A stretch of 64,000 nucleotides of DNA from the human T2T-CHM13v2.0 reference genome, Homo sapiens. Below the pieces are notes generated by a model. That model searched no databases and was not told where the DNA came from. It saw only the letters and a program-made list of their open reading frames with translations. Shown here one piece after another: positions 12,448 through 28,118 of this stretch. The stretch's first letter is position 1; each line of letters opens with the position of its first letter. A program made the position numbers and the translations under genes. The stretch lies in NCBI RefSeq assembly GCF_009914755.1, contig NC_060938.1; one strand, written 5' to 3'.

Positions 12448-12816
12448 TTCCTTCCCTTCCTTCCTTCCTTCCTTCCTTCCTTCTTTCCATCTTTCCTTCC
12501 TTCCTTCCTTCCTTCCTTCTCCCCTTCCTTCCTTCCTTCCTGCCTTCCTTCTCCTTCCCTCTTTCCTTCCTTCCTTCCCTCCTTCCTTCCCTCTCTCCTT
12601 CCTTCCCTCTCTCCTTCCTTCCTTCCCTCCCTCCCTCCTTCCTTCCTTCCCTCTCTTCCTTCTTTCCTTCCTTCCTGCCCTCCTTTCCTCTCTTCCTTCC
12701 TTCATTCCTTCCTTCCCTCTCTCCTTCCTTCCTTCCTTCCATCCCTACCTCCCTCCCTACTTCCTTCCTTCCTTCCCTCTCTCCTTCCTTCCCTCCTTCC
12801 TTCCTTCCCTTTCCCT
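12448..12816. repeat. (TTCC)n/(CCCT)n polypyrimidine tract, ~370 bp
   Basis: Nearly pure C/T; the source of the spurious PSFL/GRKE ORFs. Confidence 0.98.
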
Positions 12817-12829
12817 CATTTTTTTGCCG

Positions 12830-13685
12830 CTGGATATGGGGAAGGTTGTTCTCTTTCCCACTCATATTTATAATTTCTTTCTTTGAAACAGCCCCAAATC
12901 AGTGTCTTCAGAGTTAAGGTCCTACTTGTGAGCAGATTGTGTGGTTTAAGAACCCTAGACTTAAGTCAGATTTGGATTTATCCCTTCTCTGTGCCTCAGG
13001 GGTACCGCAGGTTTCTTTTCCTATAACCCTGGGAATTAGATCTTTGTTGCAGCAGAACCATAAGTCACAGAGCGATGCAGCACAACCAGCCCACAATTCA
13101 GGGGTCAGTGGATTGAAATCATCTTCTGCTATGGCTCCATCTGGTTCTTCCAGGACTTCTCTCCCCACCTTTTTTCCCTATTAGGGTGTTGAAACTTTAG
13201 TGGTATATACATTGTCTCATAATCAGTCAAAACTCCCTTTATCCCACATCATGGATTAAAGAAAACATTGCCAGGAGCCCTTCACTCTTCTAGAAGGACT
13301 TAATTTGATAGTTCCTTTTTCCATGGTTTAGAATAAAAGAGGTAATAACTAAAAGTATCTCCCTCATAATAGGCTCTACAGCAAATTCTACTTTAAAGGC
13401 TGTTGTTCGTGTGTTTAACTGTGGCTGCCCTTAATGTTTTTATCATCCACAGACAATTGTTGTCTCATTTTGGTCCTCTTTAAATGATGGTTTTATAATC
13501 AGCTATAAAATTTAATGGATGCCCTTAAATGCAGGATTCTGATTAATGACGCTGGAGATTGTGATATTAGAATAGAGGGAAAACTTTCAAATAGAAGAGT
13601 GAATGGTGTTTGGTCTACTTTGGACTGTATTTTTATAAATATGTTATTAGTATGTGTTCCAAAATTATTGGAAACTTCTATAGAA
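12830..13685. mobile_element. Probable ERV1 (MER4-group) internal remnant
   Basis: AT-rich segments such as GGACTGTATTTTTATAAATATGTTATTAGTATGTGTTCCAAAATTA resemble MER4-group internal sequence as recalled. Confidence 0.4.
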
Positions 13686-14090
13686 ATGTAATCCCCAGTG
13701 TCAGAGACGGGGCCTGCTGGGAGGTGGCTGGTCCATGGGAGCAGTTTCCAGTGGTTCCCAGTGTCGGAGAAGGGGCCTGCTGGAAGGTGGCTGGTCCATG
13801 GGAGCAGCTTCCAGTGGTTCCCACTGTCGGAGATGGGGCCTGCTGGGAGGTGGCTGGTCCATGGGAGCAGTTTCTAATGGATAAGCATAATCCCCCTAGC
13901 GCTGCTCTTGTGATAGTGTTCTCATGAGATCTTGTTGTTTAAAGTGTGTAGGACCTTCCCCCTCTCTCTCTTCCTCCTGCTCTTGCTTTCCCTTCCACCA
14001 TGATTGTTAAGTTTCCTGAGGCCTCCCCAGAAGCTGAGCAGATGTCAGCATCATGCTTGCTGTACAGGCTGTGGAACTGTGAGCCAATTT
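13685..14090 (+). mobile_element. MST (MaLR) LTR with an internal 63-bp x3 tandem expansion
   Basis: TGTAATCCCCAGTG...GAGATCT-GTTGTTTAAAGTGTG...AAGTTTCCTGAGGCCTCCCCAGAAGC; repeat units start at 13694, 13757 and 13820. Confidence 0.88.
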
Positions 14091-14109
14091 TCAGTACTCT
14101 TCTGTTTTC

Positions 14110-14805
14110 TTTTTATTTTTTTTAAATTTTATTTTAAGTTCCAGGATACATGTGCAGGAGATGCAGGTTTGTTACGTAGGTAAACGTGCACTGTGATGAT
14201 TTGCTGTACCTATCAACCCACCGCCTAGGTGCCTACGTATTAAGCCCCACATGCGTTAGCTATTTATCCTGATGCTCTCCCTCCCCGTCCCCACTGACAG
14301 GCCCCAGTGTGTGTTCTTCCCCTCCCTGTGTCCAGGTGTTCTCATTATTCAGCTCCCACTTATGAGTGAGAACATGTGGTGTTTGGTCTTTTCCTGTATT
14401 AGTTTGCTGAAGATGATGGTTTCCAGATTCATTCATGACCCTGCAAAAGGCATGATCTCATTCCTTTTTATGGCTGCACAGTACTGCATGGTGTGTATGT
14501 ACCACATTTTCTTTATCCAGTCTATCACTGATGGGCATTTGGATTGATTCCATGTTTTTCCTAATGGGAATAGTGCCGCTATAAACATACGCATGCATGC
14601 ATCTTTATAATAGAATGATTTATAGACCTTTGGCTATATACCCAGTAATGGGATTTCTGGGTCAGATGGTATTTCTGGTTCTAGATCCTTGCAGAATTGC
14701 CAAACTGTCTTCCACAATGATTGAACTAATTAACATTCCTACCAACAGTGTAAAAGTGTTTATTTCTCCACAGCCTTGCCAGCATCTATTGTTTCTTGAC
14801 TTTTA
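14110..14805 (-). mobile_element. L1PA7/8-like 3' fragment
   Basis: 3'UTR TTTAAGTTCCAGGATACATGTGCAGGA...GGTAAACGTG plus the ORF2 C-terminal remnant. Confidence 0.88.
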
Positions 14806-17998
<3,193 letters not shown>

Positions 17999-17999
17999 A

Positions 18000-18293
<294 letters not shown>

Positions 18294-19559
18294 TGTTTCT
18301 TTTATTTGATGGTGAAAATCTGTTATTGACAGTAAGAGGATGGGGGCTCAGGTTAACAACAGAGTGTTAGAAAAGCAGCAGTAAAATTTTGGTTCTCAAA
18401 ACATTTGATGTCTTATTCCTTTTTTTGAACATGGGTTTTGCTAAAAAAAAAAAGGCCAGGCGTTTTGAAACTTGATTTTATTGTCATGTTCTCATTTTGA
18501 AATTCATCTTATTGTTTGTACGAATTGGCAGTCGTATGTGGGAAATTTCAGTTTTGCATACTTTCAGATTATTTTCATTTTTACATCAGAGATTTTGAAC
18601 AGATGCTATACAAAAGTATTCATGTATTTATTCAACAAAATTTAGTGCTTGTTATGTTGCAAGATCTTAGTGAACTTCATGCTGTACGTGCCTCAGATAC
18701 TTTTGTGAATGTAATGGCAACGTCAAAAACTTTGCCCTTATGCACCTTATAAACCTTTAATTTCAAGGCATGTTGATGAGTGAGCATCTGCTATAACATA
18801 CTTTCATTGTCATTTAATTAACCATCATTTGGGTATACCTTATATTAAAACTGATTATTAAAAACTGGAAAATATTTAACACATCTTCATCTTGCCTTTT
18901 TCCTTAACATATGTAGATCAAGGGAGTCACTGAGAATCAATTTTAGGGATAGTTATAAAAATCTTAACTTTGCAATATAACTTTGTCCTCAATGTAATAA
19001 CTGGAAAAAATAATTTACGTTTCAAAGGCTTTAATCTTTGTATTTTTTTGAAAAGGAGCCTTCACCGAGATTCTTTAAAAAATTCTTGCTCTGTCCTACA
19101 GTAGAGACTGATAGACTCATGGATATGGTCCTCTAATGGATCTGTACTACCTCAGTTCTCTGATTGTCGCCCTCCTGTGGTGAAAATTAAAGCTTATTTT
19201 CATTTCATATTTAGGATGTAATATGTTCTTTTTGGGAAAAAATGATGTTTCTTGAGAAATAAGTGCCTTCAGTATCACTGTGTGTCACTTAATAAATATG
19301 ACTAATATCTACTTTTACCAATTGCTGCAATTTGATCCTTAAAGAGCCATCTTTAAATCATACTTTTTCTTTGGTTAAAGAAATTATAATAGACATTAAT
19401 TATTTTTACATAATTTTCTTATGTGGACAGCCATTCTTAGAACTAAAACTTTCAGATGTTTACATTACAAGTACAAATATTATTTATTATTATTAATGTC
19501 AGTAGCCAAATGTAATCAACTCTCTTCCTTTTACTTCCTTTTTTGAATCAAAATGTTAC

Positions 19560-19812
19560 ACTTATACAAGCAAGAGCAACAGCTCTATATCTGGATCACT
19601 CAGTGCCTAGAAGATACAACAGCACAATTTACAAATCCAAATTTCCAGGAAGTCTCTGCACATACCTCTAGTACAAAAGATACTTCAGAGACTAGAGGGT
19701 CAGAGGGCAGAGAGGAAATATTCAACTCCCAGTTCAGGTCAAAAGGGAAGAAAGCCTGGTGTTGAAAGAAATCCAAGAATGACTGTATCTGCAACTCGCT
19801 CCTTTCTGTAAA
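19560..19812 (+). pseudogene. MLLT10: MLLT10 (AF10) orphan exon, MLLT10P-like fragment
   Basis: Across frameshifts it translates to TYTSKSNSSISGSL / CLEDTTAQFTNPNFQEVSAHTSSTKDTSETRGSEG / SSGQKGRKPGVERNPRMTVSA, matching AF10. A pyrimidine tract lies upstream with a dead acceptor (ttac), and GT follows at 19813. Confidence 0.88.
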
Positions 19813-20549
19813 GTATTCATGGTGTTTTACTTAAAATATTTGCTCTTATGATGGTCAATAATATTAATAGTTATGCTTTGTAAAAGAATTTATTCTTTAC
19901 TTATAATTAACGGATCATTCTAAGTTATTATATGTATAGTTGCTATAGTAAGATGATGTGAAAGATTTGTTGCCTGTTAAATGTTTCTGGGATCTTTGCT
20001 TTATTTTTATATTATGATCTGTGCTTCCAAAGTTGAGCTGTAATTTTATTGTTTATACAAATGTAGAATAAAGCTTAAGTATGGGGAGAAAAATAAAAGC
20101 TAGAGTTTTCCTTTCAGCTATAGAACAGTCATTTATTTCTATAAATGTTCTTTCCTAGTTCCACATTTAAAAAGATAAATATGGGGATCTACACAGGTCT
20201 CAATAAATAATAGTTCTTGATTAATAATGCATTTATTATAAAGCTTAAAGTTTAAAGTAGAATTTTGCTCAGCCTACATATCTTTTATGGTCAGGCTGCT
20301 CTAATTATGTAATACCCAGTTAAATTTCAATTTCAGATAAATAAGGAATAATATTTTAGTATAAGCATGTCCCAAGTATTGTATGGGATATACTTACACT
20401 GAAAAAAGTATTTGTTTATCTGAAATTTCAAATTAACTGGGCATGCTATATTTTCTGTGGCAACCTGTTTTATAGAGAACAGAGTAAGTCAGCTAAATTT
20501 TAGAATACTTAACCCTAACCTGGTGTTCTAGGTCTTTCCTTTTTGTAAT

Positions 20550-21065
20550 TATTATTATTATTTGGAGTCAGGGTCGTGCTCCATCACCCAGGCTGGAGTG
20601 CAGTGGCACAATCACAGTGCCCTGCAGACTTGAACTTCTGGGCTCAAGTGATTCTGGCACCTCTGCCTTTGCCTCCCAAGTAGCTAGTACCACAGGTACG
20701 TGGGCCCAGCTAATTTTTTTTTTTTTTTTTCTCATAGAGACAGGGTCTCCGGCTGGTCTGGAACTCCTGGGCTCAAGCAATCCTCCCGCCTCTGCCTTCA
20801 CTTCCCAAATAGCTGAGACCACAGGCACACGCCACCACCATACCCAGCTTATTTTTTATCAGGTTGGTGCAAGAGTAATTGTGGGTTTTGCCATTGAAAG
20901 TAATGGCAAAACCAGCAATTACTTTTTGCACCACCCTAATAATTTTTTGTGGAGACAGGGTCTTGCCCTGTTGTCTAGGCTGGTTTCCAGCTCCTGGGCT
21001 CGAGTGACCCTCCTGCCTTGGCCTCTAAAAGTTCTGGGATTACAGATGGAAGCCACTGTACCAAG
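20550..21065 (-). mobile_element. Trimeric AluJ-like element carrying a MADE1
   Basis: Three monomers (20565-20712, 20735-20848, 20950-21065) separated by T-rich linkers. Confidence 0.85.
20859..20939. mobile_element. MADE1 (Hsmar1-derived MITE), 81 bp
   Basis: TCAGGTTGGTGCAAGAGTAATTG...CAATTACTTTTTGCACCACCCTAA, palindromic, flanked by TA on both sides. Confidence 0.95.
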
Positions 21066-21239
21066 TTACTTTGTATAATTTTTAACATAAACATAAATAT
21101 TTTGAGAAATAGAAATGTTAAAACCATTGGAGGAAAATATATTGTAAAGTATACAATAGAAAAAAAATCAAACAAAATACAACAAATACAACAAAAAATT
21201 ATCAAAATATTCAGAGGAACAAAACAAAATCTAGTTTTA

Positions 21240-21600
21240 AAATCTTCAGAATTCAATCCCATTATATCAAACATATAAAGAAACATATTCAAAGAAAAAG
21301 GCAATCAATAGAGACTAACCTCGAGATGACCCAGATGTTGGAATTAGTGTGGATTTTTAAAGTAGTTAGTTATTGTAATTCTTACTAAAATCAAAACCCC
21401 AAAAACCCTTAAAATAAATGGATAGGAAATCACAGCAGAGAAGAAGAAACTACAATAATAACAGGCTCAAGTGGAAATTCTAGAAGTCAGAAAGTTTTCA
21501 AAATTAAAAAATAATAATCTGTGTTCAGGAGCAGCTTGGAGGTGGAAAAGAGTCAATGAACCTTAAAATACAATTGAAATGATTCAATCTGAAAAATGTG
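21240..21600 (+). mobile_element. Old L1M ORF1-region fragment
   Basis: A-rich, with GAGATGACCCAGATGTTGGAATTA and AAGTGGAAATTCTAGAA motifs. Confidence 0.6.
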
Positions 21601-22171
21601 GGCAGTCATAGGTTGGGGTGAGGGAGCTTTTCCTTTGGTTAATGTTTTAGGTAATCTTGGTTCTGATAAGATTACTAGACTGATCCGTCAGGGGCATGCT
21701 AAGCCAGAGTTTATCTTGGTTTCAGTAGTGCTTTAAACAAAACTCATATACTTGTGTACAAGATGGAAGAAGAGTGGACCAGATGACAATATTTAGATGC
21801 AGCCATTCTTAACCTCCGTTGCTCTCCCAGTGGTCTAGCTGGGGTTTGTATAAAGTGGAATGGGAGGAATAGGGAAGGAGCCCACACCTACCCTCTCCCC
21901 TTGTCCACTTGTCCTGCTTCACTAGTGGATAAAGTCCACGGGAACAGGCAAGTTATTTTAAATCTGTATCTTCTGTTGTCAAGATCTGTAATCAGTTCTG
22001 CTTGCTGGACTGGGGACAGGAACCAAGGGAACATGAGGGTGAACGGGTTGACATGGAGTCCAGGAACACACTGTGCCTACATGCAGAATGTTTGTGCCAG
22101 GAAAGCCAGTCAGCAGGCAGATGGTCTCAGGTACCAAGCTAGTGTTGTGAAGCAAGATTCAGTCTCTTGAA

Positions 22172-22350
22172 GGCGGTGTTCCTCATTCTGTGGTTTGTAT
22201 CACTTGCTCAGAATGACCTGGAGTACTTGTTAAAATGCAAATTTTGAGCCCAATCCTAGACCTCCTAAGCCTGCATCTCTACGGATGGGTCTCAGTAGTC
22301 GATATTGGAAATGTGCATGTTCCTAGGAGATGCTTATGCATACAGCTGTT
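22172..22350. mobile_element. MER5A-like hAT MITE
   Basis: TCAGAATGACCTGGAGTACTTGTTAAAATGCAAATT...CCTAGGAGATGCTTATGCA. Confidence 0.7.
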
Positions 22351-22399
22351 GTGTTTAAGGGTTAGGGAGCTGGCAAAAGCAAGGAATACACCAAGCCCT

Positions 22400-22572
22400 T
22401 GGGTGGGAAGGCTCCATAACCTTGACACTGTTAACATTCTGGGCAGAACAGGATTCTGCCGCATGCTTCGCAGCATCCCTAGCCTCTACTCTCTAACACC
22501 GTATTCCAGTTGGGAAAACCAAAAATGTCCCCTCGGAGGCAAAATAGTCACCAGTTGGGAACCGGAACCACT
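22400..22572 (+). mobile_element. MER20-like
   Basis: CACTGTTAACATTCTGGGCAGA...GCAGCATCCCTAGCCTCTAC...GGCAAAAT...GAACCACTG. Confidence 0.75.
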
Positions 22573-23589
22573 GCTTTGTGGGATCAGAGTGGTTACTTTT
22601 TTCCCAATCCAAAGATCAGAACACACAATGAGAGAAAGTCCAGCTATTGGAACTGGAGTGCCAAGTTGAAGCTAGACCTACAACAAAAGCTCCAAAAGCT
22701 CCTTTATAGGGCTGATCCCATGCCTCAGCTACCTAGCTTGTACAGATGCCATGTAACTCTAGATTTGGTGACAGAAGGAATTTAAGGCTAGAACTAGATA
22801 GGGTCTTTCAGGTTAGGCCAGCACACAACGTGGACTTTTGACATCATCCGGATGCTTGAACCAACCTCAGTCTTGAGGCAGAATTTCCCGTGGCATCTGA
22901 TACACAGCCTGGATTTGGAGCACTCACTGGGATTAGATGCCACGGGAATATTGTGTTTAGGAACTCTGAAAGAGACAGGCTTCAACAAAGCAGACCTAAG
23001 CAACACGTAGCGTCTGAACTTCTTTATCAGCTTCCATTCCAGCCCACGAGGACAAAAGCATCACATACATACCCACTGTGGCAAACCTGTCCTCAGTAGG
23101 GAGTTTCCCCAGTACTACTCTCCCCTCTGTTCTGAGCCTACTTGCTCCTTTGTAATGTTTCCACTTTCTGTCCCACTCCCTAATAGATGATTTGTCCTCT
23201 CTGTCCAGCCCCCTAGTTCTGATATTTGGATTGTCTGTGATCTGGATAGTACTTAGGAGGTAGAATCAAAGCCTTGTTGATTGGATTGGGAGTTTCTAAC
23301 TTCCTATGAAAGGCACTGCTTAAGCATCTATTGTTTAAAGTAAAGTAAGATTATGATCCATTAAGAAAGATTCCACAAGTAGCGCAGGAAGAATTGGTTT
23401 CTAGTACACTTCATGCTTCAGGACAGGAAATCCAGAAAAAAATTCTGTGGTACGTTAAATGTGTACTGTAAGTTTCATTTCCATGTGAAAAACTGTAGTT
23501 AGCTAAAAAGTACATCCATGAAGAATCCTGATTAAACTTGTTTAATCCTGGTTATACTAGCTACTAGCTAAACAATAATTTCACAACAA

Positions 23590-23712
23590 CTCAAGAACTC
23601 TGTAAAAGCATTTCCTCTGAATATTTCATTCAGAAAAAAAAACACAAAAAGATAAGACAGAGACAAAAATCCCAGTCATCTACAGTATCTGTCAGCTTTC
23701 AATTTGGTTCTC
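23590..23712 (-). pseudogene. FRG1: FRG1-like exon 9 (stop TGA at 23676-23678, 3'UTR)
   Basis: Encodes RTKLKADRYCR*. The acceptor reads aacAA| rather than AG, and the poly(A)-signal position reads AATGAA (23625-23630). Confidence 0.93.
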
Positions 23713-24883
23713 TTGTTTAAATAAAGAAAAATAGTAAAATTAATCTATGTAAAACATGCCATATGTATTCAACTGCTACTAAATATAAAAAGCTTTAAAA
23801 CTGTGTGTTCAATTTTGGTTATTGTATTACCACAACACTTATATTAAAACATGTATACTTTTAAATTTGGTTTCCATAAAAAATGGATTCTAATCTTATA
23901 AAAGTTATTTCCTAATATTCAATAAATGTTGCCCAAGGGCTTTTCAATCCAAATAGCAATTTTAATTATTCTGGAATTTAAGGGTGCTCTAGATTTCCAT
24001 TTAACAGGGTGAGAATGCTGTATTATTACAAGTGAAAAAAGTTACAGGACATAGAGCTTATTCCGTTTTAGAGTCCGTATCCTGATTATATTTTATATCC
24101 TCTTCTTGATTTCTTACAACTAGATACATATTCATTTGCTCAGCTGGAAAAAATTCTTAACATTATTTACTGACTTTAGGTATGAACTCTACCAGCTAGT
24201 TAACAGGAAATATGTAATTAAACATTGCCTTTATCAAGTAATGTAAAAAAAGGGTAAGAGTAACTTTGCAACATAGGACTTGAATGAGCAGCTGGTGATT
24301 ATCAAAATCTGGCACTTAATTGATTTATACTTGTACACTCACAGCTAAACGACTCTACCTGTTTTTCTATGTTGTAAATCTAGGACATCACTTATCTACA
24401 TAGGAAGAGTAATAAATATTAATAATGTGCTATGATAAACATCCTGCACTCTTCCAAATCTTGCAATAAAACTGCTTCAATTTCACTTATTTAGCTTTTA
24501 TACCTAGCTTTTTAGTTGATATATGCTTATTTTAAGGAACCTGAACTACTCTAACAGAATCCACATAATTTTTGTATTAGTCAAACTGCTTCTTTCTAAC
24601 TCTGATTCTAATAGTTATAAAAAGATAATGATAAATTTATGAAGTAGATACAGTCAAACCTGAATTTCTTAAAGTATATACTTAGAATCGGTTATAATTT
24701 TTAGATATTCTTTCTTGACAGTCTTTTCCCAAACTCATGATGTGCTCTCTAGGTAATACTGCCACACTCATAAATTATAAATAAAGACAAAAATGTGAAA
24801 ACTACAGTAATTTAAGACAATATAGGTTTTCTACATGCCATTTCTATTGGCTACTGAAGATAGTGAAAATAAGTAAATAGCTA

Positions 24884-25012
<129 letters not shown>

Positions 25013-25094
25013 TCATTGAAAAATACCTCAAACTCTGATTATACATATTTACTACTAAATATATAAATACTGTTAATTTCTTTTTCACTTATTA

Positions 25095-25487
<393 letters not shown>

Positions 25488-25739
25488 TCATTGACTGGGT
25501 AGCACAAGGCCCCACTTCTATTAGGGCATGCTGGCTGGAGTCCCCTGTGTCCTGGCCAGAGAACAGCCTTTGCCTGGCATCACGCCCATTCTATGAATGG
25601 AGAGGTTGACTAACCCGACTGAGTAGCTTTGGGAGCTGGTAGGATGATTAGGAAAACTGAACCCTCAAGAAAAGAAAAGAATTTAGCTCAGTGCTCTGTC
25701 CTATAGGCTACATCGTGTTGCCTCTTCTTGTCCATCAGT

Positions 25740-25896
25740 TTTTATTTTTTCAGACGGGATCTTGCTCTATCTCCCAGGCTGGAATGCAGTGGTGATCAGA
25801 GCTCACTGCAGCCTTGAACTCCTGGGCTCAAACAATCCTCCTGTCTCAGCCTCCCAAGTAGCTGGGCCTACAGGCATGCACCACCATCCCCAGCTA
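25740..25896 (-). mobile_element. Alu monomer (AluJ right arm/FRAM-like)
   Basis: Reverse right-arm sequence only. Confidence 0.88.
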
Positions 25897-25976
25897 ATTA
25901 GGTAATTTATTTTGAAAGCACTTTGAGAAGCACTTCACTGTCAAATCTGTAGGTCTAAAAGGAAAAGAATACACAC

Positions 25977-26068
25977 ACGTAATTGATTTCACATTGTTTT
26001 ATATTTCCTTTGTCTTCTTCTGGAATGTCATCTTTTTCCTTGGTTTCTCTTTCAGCACAGGATCTAAT
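25977..26068 (-). pseudogene. FRG1: FRG1-like exon 7, 92 bp
   Basis: atctag|ATTAGATCC...AATTACGT|gtgtgt encodes [30 protein letters not shown]. Confidence 0.96.
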
Positions 26069-27249
26069 CTAGATATTGGAAAAGAGAATCCAATGGGTTA
26101 TATGTTTATCTTCCACCTTCCCCACTTTACGTATCACATAAGAATATTCGAGATGATTTCTTATGCAGAAGAAAAAACTGAGCAACTATATTCAGAAAAA
26201 GACAGGTTCTGGCTATGCGTTTTTAATTCATATATATAATCTATATGAGTAAGTGCTATCACATGCTTCCTCCACAGCCCTTGTGTCAGAAACACTACAG
26301 ACAAAATTATTTCAGAAACATTTTACACATCAGATCCTGCTAGGCAATAAAGAAATCATTCATTTAATTTTGTCCTCCAAGTGAATACACTAGGATCAAA
26401 TTATCCCTAGTAGACAAGTGTTCATTTGATCAGACTGAAAGCTTAATAGCTATTTTACATTGCACAGACTATTATCAAAGTATTAAAACTTTTAACATTT
26501 CACAACTTGTTTTTAATTAATTGGAACCCACCTCTTTTACTGGCTTCTTATATTCTCCTAAGTTTGGACAGATATTTACTATCACATGTCATAAGTTAAT
26601 TGATCTGCATTCAACAATTAGGATCATCCACAGAACAGGCAATTGGCAATGGTAAGGACTCATATCTCCTAAATGATCTCTGTGGCCAGAGTCCAGTTCC
26701 AGGGCTGCTTAGAAAGTGATGACAAATAACGTGTTTGTGCCAATGACATCTTTGTGACAGTTTTGATTAGAGGGGTCCCAGACCTGAAAACATTCCCTGC
26801 TAGGGCCTGTAACACAATGCTACTTTTAGTAAGAGGGATCTATGTTCTGGTAGATAAGGCAAGGTCATAAAGGTGAAGGGCTGACAGAGATTAGGAGAGC
26901 CTGCAATTGAATGGTATGAAAAGAGTCCTAAATAATCACTGTTCAGAGCTTCCAAGTACTTAACTAAACAAAGAGACCCAGAAAACTTTGTATTTCATCT
27001 GAAAATTGCTTTAAATAGTGAAAAACGCAATCTTTGTGTAAGTATCTTTGTATCTTTGTATAAGTGCAAAGCACTGCACATATACTTGCAATTGTTGCCT
27101 TCAATAACACTTTTGTGATGATATCCAGATGAAAAATAATTTACACATGATACAATAAAATATAAATAAATAAAATTAAATGTAATCACAAACCCATCTG
27201 TATTTCCTCAATGACCTGTTTCCTGAGAAGCAATGTGCTATGAAATACT

Positions 27250-27460
27250 GAGAGTGGCCTCTGGAGTCAGCTGGGCCTGGGTACACATCCTGTCTTACCA
27301 CACCTTGAAATCACTGTGATTTCCATGAACTGACTGACAAAAACCACGAGGATGTAAGGAGGGTCAGAGGCTGTCTTCCTGTCTGTAAGGCTGAGCTCAC
27401 ATCCACCTCACAGGAGCATTATGGAAATTCAAGACTACATCGCATGTGCCGGATGCATGC
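27250..27460 (+). mobile_element. MIR remnant
   Basis: GGCCTCTGGAGTCAGCTGGGCCTGGGTACACATCCTG...TTCCTGTCTGTAA. Confidence 0.5.
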
Positions 27461-28118
27461 AACGAAAAAATATAACATTTCACTTCTCTAACTGTAAGAA
27501 AAACTTACATTTTAGATTGAAATTGTTTGAGCTTTAGATTTGAAATTATCTGAAATCAAGACTATTCTAAAAAGAAAATCAAACATATGACTGGAAATCT
27601 AACATGAAGCACGTACAGAGAATTGATAGATGCTTTTAAATTACACTGGTAGTAGAGAAAAATGTAACATTAATTTTTATGCTCTAATTATAAGAACGAA
27701 GGGCATTTTAGAAAAGGCATTTAACCCCCTCTCTTAGAGCCTTCCACTCTGGCCCCCACAATGCCTTACAGAGCAAACCTGGGTCAGACTGGATGCAACC
27801 TGTGATTCCCAACAGAGACAAACAAAGCAAGGTTCAGGCTGCTCAGTACTGCGATAGAATGCCAAGACACAGAAAAGCCATGTGTCAAGAAGGGGGGAGT
27901 TATTCTTTAGACACATCCTGGTATATGTTTATCATTAAAGATCAGTGGCTTTTGTAAGTCTAAAAAATTAAGCCTTAAATGTTTTCATCACATTCCAGTT
28001 AACTACCTGATTAATCTAGGTTATATTAACAGTATTATTTAGAATTTCACCTTGAAATGAAGATGTCTGTATAACTTTTACAATGATGTAAAACAAAGAG
28101 TAGGATTAGGGAGGCCAC

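Noticed and set aside
12395-12917. 96-172 aa ORFs (PSFL / GRKE repeats)
   Set aside because: Translation artefacts of the (TTCC)n tract.
20568-21078. Alu-derived ORFs here and at 2723, 17895, 25092, 34875, 39460 and 52091
   Set aside because: Standard Alu translations ([16 protein letters not shown]), not genes.
26716-26787. C/D-box snoRNA (GTGATGA...CTGA about 70 nt apart)
   Set aside because: No terminal stem, antisense to the host intron, no recognisable guide sequence.
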